Assembly (NCBI GenBank): GCA_043228905.1
Contig: JBHGNT010000009.1
Location: 18,972,001-19,036,000, forward strand
Reading direction: 5' to 3'
Length of the DNA stretch: 64,000 nucleotides
Source of the DNA: Azolla caroliniana
Taxonomy: Eukaryota; Plantae; Polypodiophyta
The notes under the pieces were generated by a model. The model was not told where the DNA came from. It saw nothing but the letters and a program-made list of their open reading frames with translations, and did no database searches. The first letter of the stretch is position 1. Every line of letters starts with the position of its first letter. Positions 1-11,155 of this stretch are shown here, piece after piece. Made by a program: the position numbers and the translations under genes.

Positions 1-184
1 AGAGAGAGAGACACAAAGAACTCTTTATTTCTCAAAGCAAATAATACAACAACCAACCTCACAAAGAGGTTACAAGGTCACTATATATAGTGACCGACTT
101 AGGGCAACTACCCTTTATGCTAATTACATAAATGGCCAAAGACGAGATAGTGTGAATACGTCCATTATACACATGTATTCGACA
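1..184 (-). repeat. 3' LTR of Copia-1 (partial), with PPT (GGGGGAG on minus) at about 185-191
   Basis: Matches 5098-5281; plus strand CTCCCCC directly adjacent. Confidence 0.95.
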
Positions 185-377
185 CTCCCCCGTAATGGGC
201 GTATACATGGGTTATCTAAGATTACAGGTATAGACTTAGGTTCTCGGACATATCAGCTTTGTTCGAGTCGGCAGGGTCCGAAGGCAGAAGACCGAACTGG
301 TCGGGTCGGAACAGTTGAAGCCGATCATTAAGGAACTGATGTCGGTTGTCGGGAACCATCCTGCTCTGTGTCCGGCT

Positions 378-3300
378 CTAACCGGACTGGTTTGTCGTTA
401 CGCCCATCTGATGCCGAAGAGACCGAAAACGGTCTGCCGAAAGACACTTGGTCATTCCATCTGCGACATTGTCGGTTGTGGATATTTTCTCTAGACCGAT
501 TTTCCCTGAAATGACGCAGTCCCGAACGAAGTGATATCGAACGTCGATATGCTTGGAGGCGTTGTGGTGAACCGGATTTTTCGACAGGGCAACAGCACCT
601 TGACTGTCGCTGTAGACAACTGGAGCCGAGTCATGTTCGACTTGCCGAAACGTGTGCGCCAGCCGACCGAGCCATAAAGCTTCTTTTGCTGCGTCGGACG
701 CAGCTACATATTCTGCTTCGGTCGTTGAGGTCGCTGTGCACTCCTGAAGTTTCGACTTCCACGAGATTGCTCCATTGCCGAATTTGAAGCAGTATCCGGT
801 TGTTGATTTCCGACTGTCTATACAGCCGGCGAAATCCGAGTCGGTGTAGCCGACTACGCCTGAGGTTCGGTTCGGACCGAAAAGAATGCCATGGTCTTTT
901 GTGCCAGCCAGATATCTGAACACATGCTTGACTGCGTTCCAATGTGATCGGCCAGGATTGTGCATAAATCTGCTAACGACTCCTACGGCATGAGAAATAT
1001 CAGGCCGTGTCGCGACCATCAGGTACATAAGGGAGCCGACTGCCGGTGCATACGGTACCGACTTCATATCTTCCCCCTCCGAACCGGATGTCGGGCAGTC
1101 TCGCTGAGAGAGCCGAAGATTCATGGGGAGCGGGGTTGAAGCAGATTTGGCTGATTGCATGTTGAAGCGTTCCAAGACACGTCCGATATAGTCGGTCTGA
1201 GACAAAAAAAGATGTCGTTTATCGCGATGCCGACTAATCTTCATGCCAAGGATGTGTCGTGCCGGACCGAGGTCCTTCATGGCAAACTTCAACCGCAGTT
1301 GCCGAACGAGATCGGCAAGTTCGCCCGCGTGGCGTCCAGAAAGTAGCATGTCGTCCACGTAAATGATGAGGAAGATGGGTGATCCATCTTGAGCTGTGTT
1401 GGTGAAAAGACAATGGTCCTCATCGCTTTTGGAGAAGCCGATCGATTGGATGAAGTCGTCGAACTTCTTGTACCATTGTCGCGGTGCCTGTTTGAGGCCG
1501 TATAGACTCTTCCTGAGTCGGCAGACTAGATGTTCTTGGCCAGTTGCCACGAAGCCTTTTGGCTGCTCCATATAAATTTCCTCTTCAAGATCACCATGGA
1601 GGAAGGCTGTTTTGACATCTAGCTGAATCAGCTCCAAGTTGTCGGCTGCCACTACGCCGAGCAGAAAACGAAGGGTTGTCATTTTCACCACTGGTGAAAA
1701 AATCTCGTCGAAGTCGACGCCATATTCTTGTCGGAAGCCCTTCGCAACTAATCTGGCCTTGTACTTTGGGATGGTCGAATCAGACGTCTCTTTTAGTCGA
1801 TAAACCCACTTGCAAGGGAGAGCACGTCGGTTCCTAGGTAATTCGACCAGATCCCAAGTCTTGTTTGACCGAATAGAGTGCATTTCCGACTCCATCGCCA
1901 GATGCCAGGTGGCTGAATCGACAGATGTCGATGCTTCTTCGTAAGACGTCGGTTCGCCGGCGTCGGTGAAGAAAATTCCAGGAGAATACCTCTCCGGAGG
2001 TTGCGACAGTCTCTCGGAACGTCGAGGTAAGATTGGACTGGTCGCATCGGGTATCGAGGTCGGATGGTCCGAAACCGAATCATTCGGCTGTGCCGAGTCA
2101 GAATTGTCCGAGTCAGTAGTGTGAGGTTCAGCTACCCGTGAAGCTGACCGTGTGTTAAGAGCGGGGCCTTCTTGAAGGGTCGGCACATCGGAAAATGTTA
2201 CCCTTCGGACTTCGATCGGTTTTTCGACTGATGGATTCATAGCCGACTCGTTGAACACAACGTCCGAACTTCGAACGATTTGTCTGCGTTCGGGGTCCCA
2301 GATTCGGTATCCCATTTCGCCGTCGGATCCATATCCAAGGAAAATGCATTTCCTGGACCGAGGTGCAAGTTTTCGGCGATCATCTTTCGGAATAAGGGCG
2401 TACGCCTCGCATCCGAAGATCCTCAGCTTGTCGTAATTCGGCTTACTGCCGATCCATAGTTCCTGAGGAATTTGAAGTCCTAGAGGTCTACTTGGCGACA
2501 TATTGATTATGTGTACTGCCGTGAGTAGAGCCTCTGCCCAGAAGCCATCCGACAGTCCGGAGTGTTGGAGCATGGAAACTATCCGTTCTTGGATTGTCCG
2601 ATTCATGCGTTCGGCAATCCCGTTTTGCTCCGGACTGTGTGGTGCCGTAAATTCACGTCGGATGCCGCGTTGTCGGCAGAATTTGACGAATTCTTCGGAT
2701 TTAAACTCTCCCCCATTGTCGGTCCGAAGGCATTTCAGCTTTCGGTCGGTTTGAGTTTCTGCCATAGCGAGCCAATCTGAGAAGATCGAGAAGACCCGAT
2801 CTTTGGTGCGAATTGGATAAGCCCACACCTTTCGAGTCGAATCGTCAATAAAAGTGACGAAGTAAGAGGCACCGCCTAGAGACTGATGCGGCATTGGGCC
2901 ACAGACGTCCGAATGGACTAAATCGAGAGGTCTCGTTTCTCTTGGTGCTGATGTCGGGTGTGATGCGGCTACTTGTTTGCCATACTGGCAATGCTCGCAG
3001 AATTGATGGTCGGAGAAGGAGAGTTTGGGGATGTATCCGGCTCTAGATAGGTGCGTGATGCCGGCCTTGCTGAGGTGTCCTAATCTTCTGTGCCATAGTG
3101 ATGACACAGGAATATCCACCAAAAACAGGTTACCCTCTCTGAGCGTAACATGTAACGGATACAGGGAGTGTATCTTGGGTCCTCTAGCAAGCAGGAGGTT
3201 CCCCCTGTGGAGTGTCCACCCTCCCGAAGAAAAACCGGCACGAATGCCGTCTTCATCTAGTTGTCCGACTGAGATCAATGGCCTTGAGAGCTCGGGTACA

Positions 3301-4394
3301 TGTCGGACATTGTGGAGTACAAGTGTAGAGCCACCTGCAAGGTTGAGCTCTACTGTGCCGATTCCGATGATGTCACAGTGTTGTGAGTTGCCGACCCGAA
3401 CTGAGTCGGAGTGACGGATCGTATATTGCCGAAATTGGGACCGATGAGGAGTCACATGAAATGACGCGCCCGAATCCAAGAGCCATGTGCTCGATTCTTC
3501 AGTCGTGAGCAGAACTTCTGATCCGACTGGATTTTCGATTGATAGTATATTCGGGTCGTCCGGTAGTACATCAGCTGAGAAGCTGACGTAATTGATCTCC
3601 TCATGCCGGCCACTCTTCTTGTTGTTCTTGTTCTTGAGTGCGCGGCAGTCGGCTTTGATGTGTCCGGGTTTCTTGCAATAGTTGCAGGTTCGGTTATCCC
3701 GTGACTGGCTCCGTCTTCGCTGATTGTTCGGCGGTCGTGAGGAATCTCTTCCTCGTATGTTCGATCGGTCTGTCGAACCTTGTACTACATAAGCGTCGTC
3801 TGTTGAGTCTTTGGCGAAAGACTTTCTCCGAGCTGCTTCGGTCAGGATTGCGCTCGTGACTTCGGAGTATTTAACAACCGTGGTTGACGCGTTGCACACG
3901 GTTGTGACGAAAGTTTCCCATGATGAGGGAAGGCTGCTCATGAGTATCATTGCTCTGAGTTCATCCTCGATTGCCGTCCCCTGTGACGAGATTTGGGAAC
4001 TTATGCTTTCGTACTCATTTAGGTGTGCTTGAACCGAATCGGATTCTTTCATCCGCAAGTTGTATAGGCGCCGGATCAGAAACATCTTCGTTGCGGCAAC
4101 CTTCTTTTCGTAAGTGTCCGACAGTGTTTTCCACAGTTCGAATGCTGTCGTACACGATTGCACCGTAAAATATACCGATTCCGATAGGTGCATCCGAATC
4201 GTGGCGCAGACGATTCTGTCCAGCTTCTGCCACTCAATTGGTTTGTATCCTTCTGGAGGTTCTTCATTTTCGATGGGATCGATTTGTCCCTTGACTATGA
4301 GATAGTCCTGCATTTGCTCTTTCCAGAAGTTGAAGTTCGATCCATCGAACTTTCGTAGACTCATTTCTGACGAGCCGGATGTTGATGCCATCAA
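378..4394 (-). CDS. gag-pol: Copia Gag-Pol polyprotein, 1338 aa (Gag, CCHC knuckle, protease, integrase, RT, RNase H)
   Basis: CNYCKKPGHIKADC; WLLDSGAS; LWHRRLGH..CEHC; HSDVCGP/TDNGGEF/NGIAER; [28 protein letters not shown]; YTDSD..EAEY..DNVAD. Confidence 0.97.
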   Translation of the reverse strand: MMASTSGSSEMSLRKFDGSNFNFWKEQMQDYLIVKGQIDPIENEEPPEGYKPIEWQKLDRIVCATIRMHLSESVYFTVQSCTTAFELWKTLSDTYEKKVAATKMFLIRRLYNLRMKESDSVQAHLNEYESISSQISSQGTAIEDELRAMILMSSLPSSWETFVTTVCNASTTVVKYSEVTSAILTEAARRKSFAKDSTDDAYVVQGSTDRSNIRGRDSSRPPNNQRRRSQSRDNRTCNYCKKPGHIKADCRALKNKNNKKSGRHEEINYVSFSADVLPDDPNILSIENPVGSEVLLTTEESSTWLLDSGASFHVTPHRSQFRQYTIRHSDSVRVGNSQHCDIIGIGTVELNLAGGSTLVLHNVRHVPELSRPLISVGQLDEDGIRAGFSSGGWTLHRGNLLLARGPKIHSLYPLHVTLREGNLFLVDIPVSSLWHRRLGHLSKAGITHLSRAGYIPKLSFSDHQFCEHCQYGKQVAASHPTSAPRETRPLDLVHSDVCGPMPHQSLGGASYFVTFIDDSTRKVWAYPIRTKDRVFSIFSDWLAMAETQTDRKLKCLRTDNGGEFKSEEFVKFCRQRGIRREFTAPHSPEQNGIAERMNRTIQERIVSMLQHSGLSDGFWAEALLTAVHIINMSPSRPLGLQIPQELWIGSKPNYDKLRIFGCEAYALIPKDDRRKLAPRSRKCIFLGYGSDGEMGYRIWDPERRQIVRSSDVVFNESAMNPSVEKPIEVRRVTFSDVPTLQEGPALNTRSASRVAEPHTTDSDNSDSAQPNDSVSDHPTSIPDATSPILPRRSERLSQPPERYSPGIFFTDAGEPTSYEEASTSVDSATWHLAMESEMHSIRSNKTWDLVELPRNRRALPCKWVYRLKETSDSTIPKYKARLVAKGFRQEYGVDFDEIFSPVVKMTTLRFLLGVVAADNLELIQLDVKTAFLHGDLEEEIYMEQPKGFVATGQEHLVCRLRKSLYGLKQAPRQWYKKFDDFIQSIGFSKSDEDHCLFTNTAQDGSPIFLIIYVDDMLLSGRHAGELADLVRQLRLKFAMKDLGPARHILGMKISRHRDKRHLFLSQTDYIGRVLERFNMQSAKSASTPLPMNLRLSQRDCPTSGSEGEDMKSVPYAPAVGSLMYLMVATRPDISHAVGVVSRFMHNPGRSHWNAVKHVFRYLAGTKDHGILFGPNRTSGVVGYTDSDFAGCIDSRKSTTGYCFKFGNGAISWKSKLQECTATSTTEAEYVAASDAAKEALWLGRLAHTFRQVEHDSAPVVYSDSQGAVALSKNPVHHNASKHIDVRYHFVRDCVISGKIGLEKISTTDNVADGMTKCLSADRFRSLRHQMGVTTNQSG

Positions 4395-4979
4395 ATTCGG
4401 TTTCGGTTGACGAAGCTCGGTTCGGAGTTGACTACGAGCCTTGTTGGAGTGCAGCCGGTTGGCTCACCCGATATCGCTCTAGTCGGATTTGAACCCGAGT
4501 CGGTTCGGCTTCGGATATATGTATTGTTGAACTTGCTCGAATTGACTCCGGTAGCTTGAGGGACAGAACCGACTGGTCTTCCCGAATGTTGCCGAGTCGG
4601 AGTGAGCCCGGTTCGCTTCGGATATATATGCCGAATACCGATTATTGAAACCGATTATCTGGACCGATTCTGCTTCGGTTGACTGCAGCGATGAGAGAGA
4701 CGGATCCGACTGATCCTCCCGAATGTCGATCAGCCAGATGAAGCACGAATTTGGGTTGTTGTCAAAGTTGCACAAGGGGATTTCACCTCGAGCGGTTACG
4801 ATCACAAGGGACAGAGTACAACCTGCTGGCTTACTCCAAGCAAGGGGATCTAACGCGATGAGGTGCAAACCTCGTTTTTGTTCTTCTTCTCTCTTTCTTC
4901 GAATGACGCGAATGTTGTGCAGGCCGTGATGAAGTGAAGAACCGAATGCTGTGCAGGCGGTGATGACGGCCGAACCTTC

Positions 4980-4991
4980 GCTCTGATACCA
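4980..4991 (-). other. PBS complementary to tRNA-iMet (TGGTATCAGAGC)
   Basis: Plus strand GCTCTGATACCA, 2 nt from the LTR. Confidence 0.95.
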
Positions 4992-4993
4992 GA

Positions 4994-5281
4994 TGTTGAA
5001 AGCAAGGTCGTCTCTGCGGAAGATCAGGGAGCATTCGATTGTTGTGCATATACCTGCGTATGAGAGAGTGTAGGTCGTTGCACAGAGAGAGGGAGAGAGA
5101 GAGAGAGACACAAAGAACTCTTTATTTCTCAAAGCAAATAATACAACAACCAACCTCACAAAGAGGTTACAAGGTCACTATATATAGTGACCGACTTAGG
5201 GCAACTACCCTTTATGCTAATTACATAAATGGCCAAAGACGAGATAGTGTGAATACGTCCATTATACACATGTATTCGACA
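4994..5281 (-). repeat. 5' LTR of Copia-1 (288 bp)
   Basis: TGTTG..CGACA termini; contains an (AG)n tract and a TATA palindrome. Confidence 0.95.
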
Positions 5282-5346
5282 GCTGCACCCCGCCGATGTA
5301 GCCAATATTTCCCGGTTTCCGCCTCTGGCCGAAATTCTTCACGACA
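5282..5346 (-). repeat. 5' tip of a Trp-group gypsy LTR, into which Copia-1 inserted
   Basis: TTCTTCACGACA is the reverse complement of the TGTCGTGAAGAA start of the LTRs at 52380, 53900 and 60490. Confidence 0.7.
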
Positions 5347-7253
5347 ACGTTTTGTGGCATATCACATCTCCGATTGCGAGAAGGTTCTACAAAGACTCGA
5401 AGATGCATGCTTGACCTTCTCAGGTGAGAAATCGGCATTCGGCCAACCGCAGATCCTTGTGGTGGGACACTTGTGCGGGACGTACGGACGGAAGCTGTCC
5501 CCGGCAAAGGTGGATGCCATCACAGACATGAGGGAAGAATGTAAATCGCAAACAGAGGGGAGGCGATTTCTTGGTGCCTGTGCATTCTACCACATCTGGA
5601 TCCCGCACTATGCTCACCTAGCCGAGCCCTTGTACGGGCTACTAATGAAGGGGCGAAAGTTCAAGTGGGAGGAAGAGCACACAGAGGCAATGAAGAGGCT
5701 CAAAGGAATGTTGGTAGCGGCACCAGCTTTACGAAAAGCTATATACAAGGAAGGGGTACCCATCTACATGACAACAGATACGAGTCCAACAGGGATCGGA
5801 TGGGTCATAACCCAAGAAGGAGACGATGGTACACGCTACGCCATCCAGTTCGGAGCCAAGGTCTTAAGCGAGCGAAAACGAGGATACACCCAAGTAAAAC
5901 GTGAGCTTTGGGGTATTGTGTCCGCAGTAAAGGCGGATAAAGATTACCTAATCGGGTCAGAGGTGGTAATAGAGACGGATTGCCTTCCAATCCTAGGGAT
6001 GGTTTCGGGATGTGCGACACCTAACCTAGCTATGCTAATGTGGATTGCTTACATCAAATCAATGAACCCGGAGATTCACCACATTTTAGGGAAGAACAAT
6101 GCCATGGCTGATATGCTATCGAGGGCGAAAGCGACATGGTGTCTGAAGATGAGGATATCGCTCTTAACTTCTTTAAGATGGCCCAAGCGTCTACAGATGA
6201 TCGAGATGTGCGAGTACTCCACACCTTCAACGAAAGTGAATACGAAGGGGAGTAGCTACACATTGGCAAGTCCTTAAGCTCAATGAGGATGGATAGTTCA
6301 TGGTTGAAGGAGGAAGCACAGGAGTCCGAAAGAAAGCATACAAGTACTTCCTACTAGGGGGATTCCTCTGGAGGCACCCGAAGAGAAGGACGGGGACGCC
6401 ACGAGTGGTCATAAAGGAAGAAGACCAGAGAACATTGGTGTCTCAGTTCCACGAGAGTCCTTGGGCGGGCCATAGAGGAACGTGGGTAACATCCAAGAAG
6501 TTAAAGGAGAAGTATTGGTGGCCGGGAATGTACAAGGATGTTGCCCATTTCGTGGGGACGTGTGAAAGCTGCCAGTTACACTCCAACATACGCCATACAC
6601 TTCAAATGGATGGTGGATTTGGTTTCGATGTCGATGGGAGTGGGCCAAAGGAAATATTTGGTACTAGCAAGAGAAGACCTAACAAACCAAGTAGAAGGAC
6701 GAGCCTTGGCAAGCAAAACGACGGTGGGGGTGTGTAAATTCTTACTCGAGGATGTCATCTGCCGGTATGGATGTGTGGGAAAGATAGTGGCCGACAGAGG
6801 AGAGCTGAATGCTCACGAAGCTACAGAGCTGTTTGAACGACTTGGAGTGAATCTCTCTCTCACGACCGCTTATAACCCAGAGGCTAATGGAAAGAAAGAA
6901 CGCGGACACTGGCCTATCGTAAAAGCCATTGTAGGAGCTTGCGATGGGGAAGTCGGGAATTGGCCTCGGTTACCACCTTATGCCTTGTGGGCTGACAGAA
7001 CAACTCATAGCTCAGTTACAGGTTTCATGCCAGCTGAACTCATGTACGGACAAAAGCTGGTGATGCCCATTGAAGACACGATCGCGTCATGGGTAGCGAT
7101 GTCATGGGAAGATGAGATGAGTCAAGAACAACTTCTAGAAACAAGGATAAGGAAACTTGAGAGAAGACCCGAAGACTTGGTGTTGGCAAAGGAGAGGTTA
7201 GAAGCGGTTAGGCTAAGTAACAAAGCCCGGCTCGAGAAGACACACCGACTACG
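5347..7253 (+). pseudogene. pol: Gypsy pol fragment (RT C-term, RNase H, integrase) with frameshifts and stops
   Basis: SGEKSAFG..VVGHLCG; TTDTSPTGIG; RELWG; IETDC; HESPWAGH..CESC; AREDLTNQVEGRAL; ADRGE; YNPEANG. Confidence 0.9.
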
Positions 7254-7635
7254 TGTTAGGAAACAGGTCCCTCCGGATGGGAAGTGAGAAGAACAGTACT
7301 GATGAGCAAACTCGGCCAAGGCCCAATCCGGATGTGGAGTACCCGGCTATGGAAGACCCGGTGAGAACCGAACGACGAGTACCCGGCTAAGGAAGACCCG
7401 GTGAGAACCGGATGACGAGCACCTGGCAAGAGCTGGATGGTGAAGGCCCGGTGAGAAGTGCTCACCGGATGAAGGGACATATTCGTAAATATGTTTTCTG
7501 AGAGTCCATCGGGGCTATATTTGTAAATAGCCGAAAAGTCATATTAGTATAAATATGACTTAGGGCAAACTTTGAGTATGTTGTTGTTGTGGTTCGTTGT
7601 CATTCTTATTTGCGCAAGATTAGAGCGTAACAGTG

Positions 7636-7681
<46 letters not shown>

Positions 7682-7957
7682 TAGAGGAAGAGGTCGTTGC
7701 CTCTGTTGTAACTACTGCATGTGGCGAAGATAGCAAGCTCGAGGTGTTGCCTCGGTGCTTTACTATTGTACATTCTGATATAGAGATAGTTTGCAGTCTG
7801 TGGGCTGCCGTGGTTTTTCCCTAGTTTGGGTTTTCCATTATAACATCCTGTGTTCTCTTCTCTCCATTGTGTTGTGCCGTCATTCCCATTTTCTGTGTTT
7901 GATTCTAAGCTTGGTTGTGGCCAAGCGTTGTTCATCGGGAGCGTGTAGTTCCTGTCA
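7254..7957 (+). mobile_element. Solo LTR of copia family B
   Basis: TG..CA with 5-bp TSD CTACG (7249-7253/7958-7962); similar to the LTRs at 21596-22199 and 40857-41367; has ~39-bp CCGG-rich repeats and (AG)n. Confidence 0.88.
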
Positions 7958-8137
7958 CTACGCCGTCGGAAAATCAAAGAAGGAGACTGGGTGATTGTAT
8001 ATGATAGTAGTTCAATCAACATAGCTCAAAGCGAAAATTCGCAAAGCGATGGTTCGGGCCGTACGTGGTAACGAGTGCAAACGATAATGCTACCTACCAT
8101 CTCACTGAACTCGATGGAACTAAGCTGGTTGTATCAA

Positions 8138-8624
8138 TGTTAACTGTTTTGTTGGAAACACCTTCGATATGCCTACAAGCTATCGGTATCAAGGGAAGTG
8201 TAACGTGAAGACTTGTGCACGGAGGCGTCGTTAGGGAAAGAAAACGGAGAGCATACCCGGAATAGCTCCCGGGTCGTATACGTAGTTTAGACCTTAGAAA
8301 TGACGGCACACAGATGAAAACACCAAGAGCTAATAGATATGTATTACTGCAAATAGTTAGCGATGATTACAAAAACACGGCCCACACCCGGTGACCTTAC
8401 AAAGCTCTTATAACTATGAAACGACCTCGCCTAGGCTCTAGATATCTCTCTCGCACTGAGGTACGCAGACCTTGGTTCAAATACTTTTTCTTCATACAGA
8501 GCCGAGCGGTCAGCTGATTGTGAGGCTCGAAACTCGGCATTTACCTAACTCTTCCTTACCTACTGGCCTTACCTACCGGCGTATTACATTTAACTAATTT
8601 ATATTTTTGGGCCTATGGACAACA
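8138..8624 (-). repeat. 3' LTR of Dual-PBS-1
   Basis: Direct repeat of 17627-18064, which has a ~49-bp deletion and scattered substitutions. Confidence 0.93.
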
Positions 8625-8626
8625 CC

Positions 8627-8643
8627 TGGCACGCCCGTGGGAC
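8627..8643 (+). other. Inverted tRNA-Arg PBS-like motif at the expected PPT position (TGGCACGCCCGTGGGAC)
   Basis: 2 nt from the LTR; near-identical motif at 42290-42306; no purine tract present. Confidence 0.8.
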
Positions 8644-9752
8644 AGGACTTTGTTCGTCAGACCCACAATTCACCATGGATTTGGCAAAACAACACGAAAT
8701 ACAAAAATTGCCCATTCCTACGAGGGCTTATAGGTTGGTTTTATTCCTCTTCCAATATGCCGAGCATATCCTCGGGGGCGTGGGGTTGGGCTGGCTGCTC
8801 GACAGGTGGGGTTGGTGATGGAGGTTGTGTTGCCGAGTTGGGGATGGCGGTGTCGTCGTGTGTGCCCTCCTCTATTGGGACTGATTCAGGCAGGGTCGGG
8901 GTTATAGTCTATGGCTCCGGTGGGATGTGGAGGTCTGTAGGGGCAGGTTCCTCCTGTCTAATTGTTGTGGTGAGTGGCTCGATTGGGATGTGGAGGTCGG
9001 TAGGGGCAGGTTCTTCCGGTCGAGTTTCTGTGGGGAGTGACTCTGTTCCTTGCTCGGTGGTTGTGGGAGCTCTGTGACTCCTGGTAGCGAGTCGTTCCTC
9101 CTCATACGCTTCGGCTTCTAAACGAAACACCGTTAGATCGTCGTTGAATTCCTCCAAGAGTTGCTCGATGGCCGCAGTGTGGGATGTTGCCAAGGTATGA
9201 TATTCTTTCATTAAGTCTTCACGGAGGGTCTGGATGCTGGTGTCATCCATCTTGTAAAACCCTTGGCCCTCCTTTCGTCGGTTCTCAGCATCCGCGCGTA
9301 GTATGTGTAGGTCCGCGGCTTGGGCTGACCACCCCTGCCAGACATGGTCAAGCGTTTCTTTGATCTTCGTGGTGAATTGCTGGCAATACATGTGGATTAA
9401 GGTCTTGATTTTGGTATCGTCCATGCCGATGCTCGTATGGTGAACTTTCAGTGCCTCCATTGCGGCCTTGGCTTCTGCCTGGCTTTTGCGGGTGAAGAAT
9501 GCTATAGTAGCTTGATTTTCTTTTGCTTTTTCAGTGATGAGCGCGATGGTTTGCTCATAACGGTTGGTGAGCTGAGCTACAAGTTCGTCCCTTTCCTGTC
9601 GCCAGGCATCCCGGTGTTCTTCTTTGATGGCGATGTGCTCGGCTTGCAACTGGTGATATGCATTAGAAATTTTTGCTCGTTGCTCCTCCGAGATCCTCCA
9701 CTTTTGCATATGTTCATTGGCCATGTACTGGAAGGCTCTTTCATGATGTCGT

Positions 9753-10190
9753 TGATATGGCAAAACTCGAACCCATGACCTTATGGTATATGGGTCGAGC
9801 TCTTAACCATCACACCATCTATTGTAATTCATAAGATATTATTTTCATTTATGTTTTATTATAAGAAAGTAATGCATATTCCAGATTACTCTGGAACATT
9901 CTAGAAGTTTCAGGATTACTCCTGACAACACTATAAAAGAAGGCACTAGGCATTATGTTGAACCAAATTGGTTCAATGCCAGTCTTAAGCCTCTCAGCCG
10001 CTTTGTACTTATCTTTTCACATAATATATTAGCTGCTGTCATCATTTTTCTCTCTCTCTCATCCTTGCTATCTCTCTCTCCTCTTCTCACTTCCTCTCTC
10101 GGGAACCGTACGTAGTCCCGTCCTCTTAGTACTAATAGCACTACTCTTCTTAGTACTAATTCCATCTCTAATTTAGTACTATTCCTGACA
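9753..10190 (+). mobile_element. Solo LTR resembling the Tcn1-like LTR family
   Basis: TG..CTGACA; TSD GTCGT/GTTGT; same layout as 26235-26643 (CTCGAACC, HSE, TATAAA, CT-rich end). Confidence 0.72.
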
Positions 10191-11155
10191 GTTGTCTACG
10201 AAGAGCTCTTGTTCCCGTTGGCTATTCCGCTCGGTTTCTTTGATGAAACATTCTTTAGCCTCAGTGATAGAGACCTGGAGGGTCATCACCTCTCGCTCTC
10301 GTGCTTCAAGCGCGGCCGATCTTTTAGCAAGCAGTCGCTTGAGGTTCGCTTCGCGGCTCGTGCCTTGTTCCCGTTGCAGGCCAATAATGTTGTTGTGGTT
10401 CTGTTCTGCCAACTTGGCCACAGTGATCTGGGCCTGAAGCTCCTCCTAGTAGTCCCTAAGGGGAAGCCCTATCTAGGTTGCCGCTTGCTAGATTTGGGCC
10501 GAGGACTCCCTGTCTTTCTGTGTCACTCGTTCCATGACGACCAGAGGTAGTGGCGTTTGCGTGGAAGCTTGGCTGGTTTGGGCGTGTGGGCTGATATTTA
10601 CTCGTGACGATGGCTCACTTGTCTGTACCGAGTCTGTCATTGTGCTGTCCTCGGTTGTGGCTACCTTGGGGTGGGCGGTGTCGTCTTTGTGTGCGACGGT
10701 ACCTTCAGCAGTCGGACTCGGGTTTGGAAGAGTGGCTGGTGAGACAACGTCACTCGGCGCAGGGAAGATTAAGGGCGGTTGTTGTTACGTGAATGTCACT
10801 AGTTTCTCCTCGGCGGCTTGCCATAGGTCGATAGCCCATTTCGCTTGTTGATGCGCCGTTTTGATACGTCGGGCCATGTCCTTGGCTGCCCGAGTAGTGT
10901 GGTGTAGATTTCGATATGCCTCGACAAAGGCCATGTTCAGATCCGGTAGTTCCATGAGGAGCAAAGCATTCTGGACTTGCTTCTTCCATCCTATCTTCTG
11001 TAAGGCTCAATCCTCGTGAGGTTCGAGTTCACCCATTAGAGCGCGTTGAATCATCTTTGTTTCGACGTGCTCCTCGACCATACGAGTGGCGGCAACTACT
11101 TGGGCGCACGCGAGGAAATCCATTGACTCGTAAGTTGTGCCCAGTCGAAGTAGTG

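Larger units (their letters stand above)
1..5281 (-). mobile_element. Intact, young Ty1/copia LTR retrotransposon (Copia-1); 3' LTR runs off the window start
   Basis: 5' LTR 4994-5281 (TG..CA) matches 1-184 with no difference seen; PBS, PPT and a single uninterrupted gag-pol ORF in copia domain order. Confidence 0.97.

Noticed and set aside
4479-5159. 226-aa ORF upstream of copia gag as an extra gene
   Set aside because: It spans the LTR microsatellite, PBS and leader, has no recognisable motif and probably no true start.
5039-6277. 412-aa ORF as an intact gene
   Set aside because: Chimeric: it starts in the Copia-1 LTR, crosses another LTR tip and then enters a broken gypsy RT/RH.
7912-7927. 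GGTTGTGGCC(A/G)AGCG as a half-tRNA PBS
   Set aside because: It lies inside the TSD-defined LTR, and family B has a degenerate Met PBS at 21582-21593.
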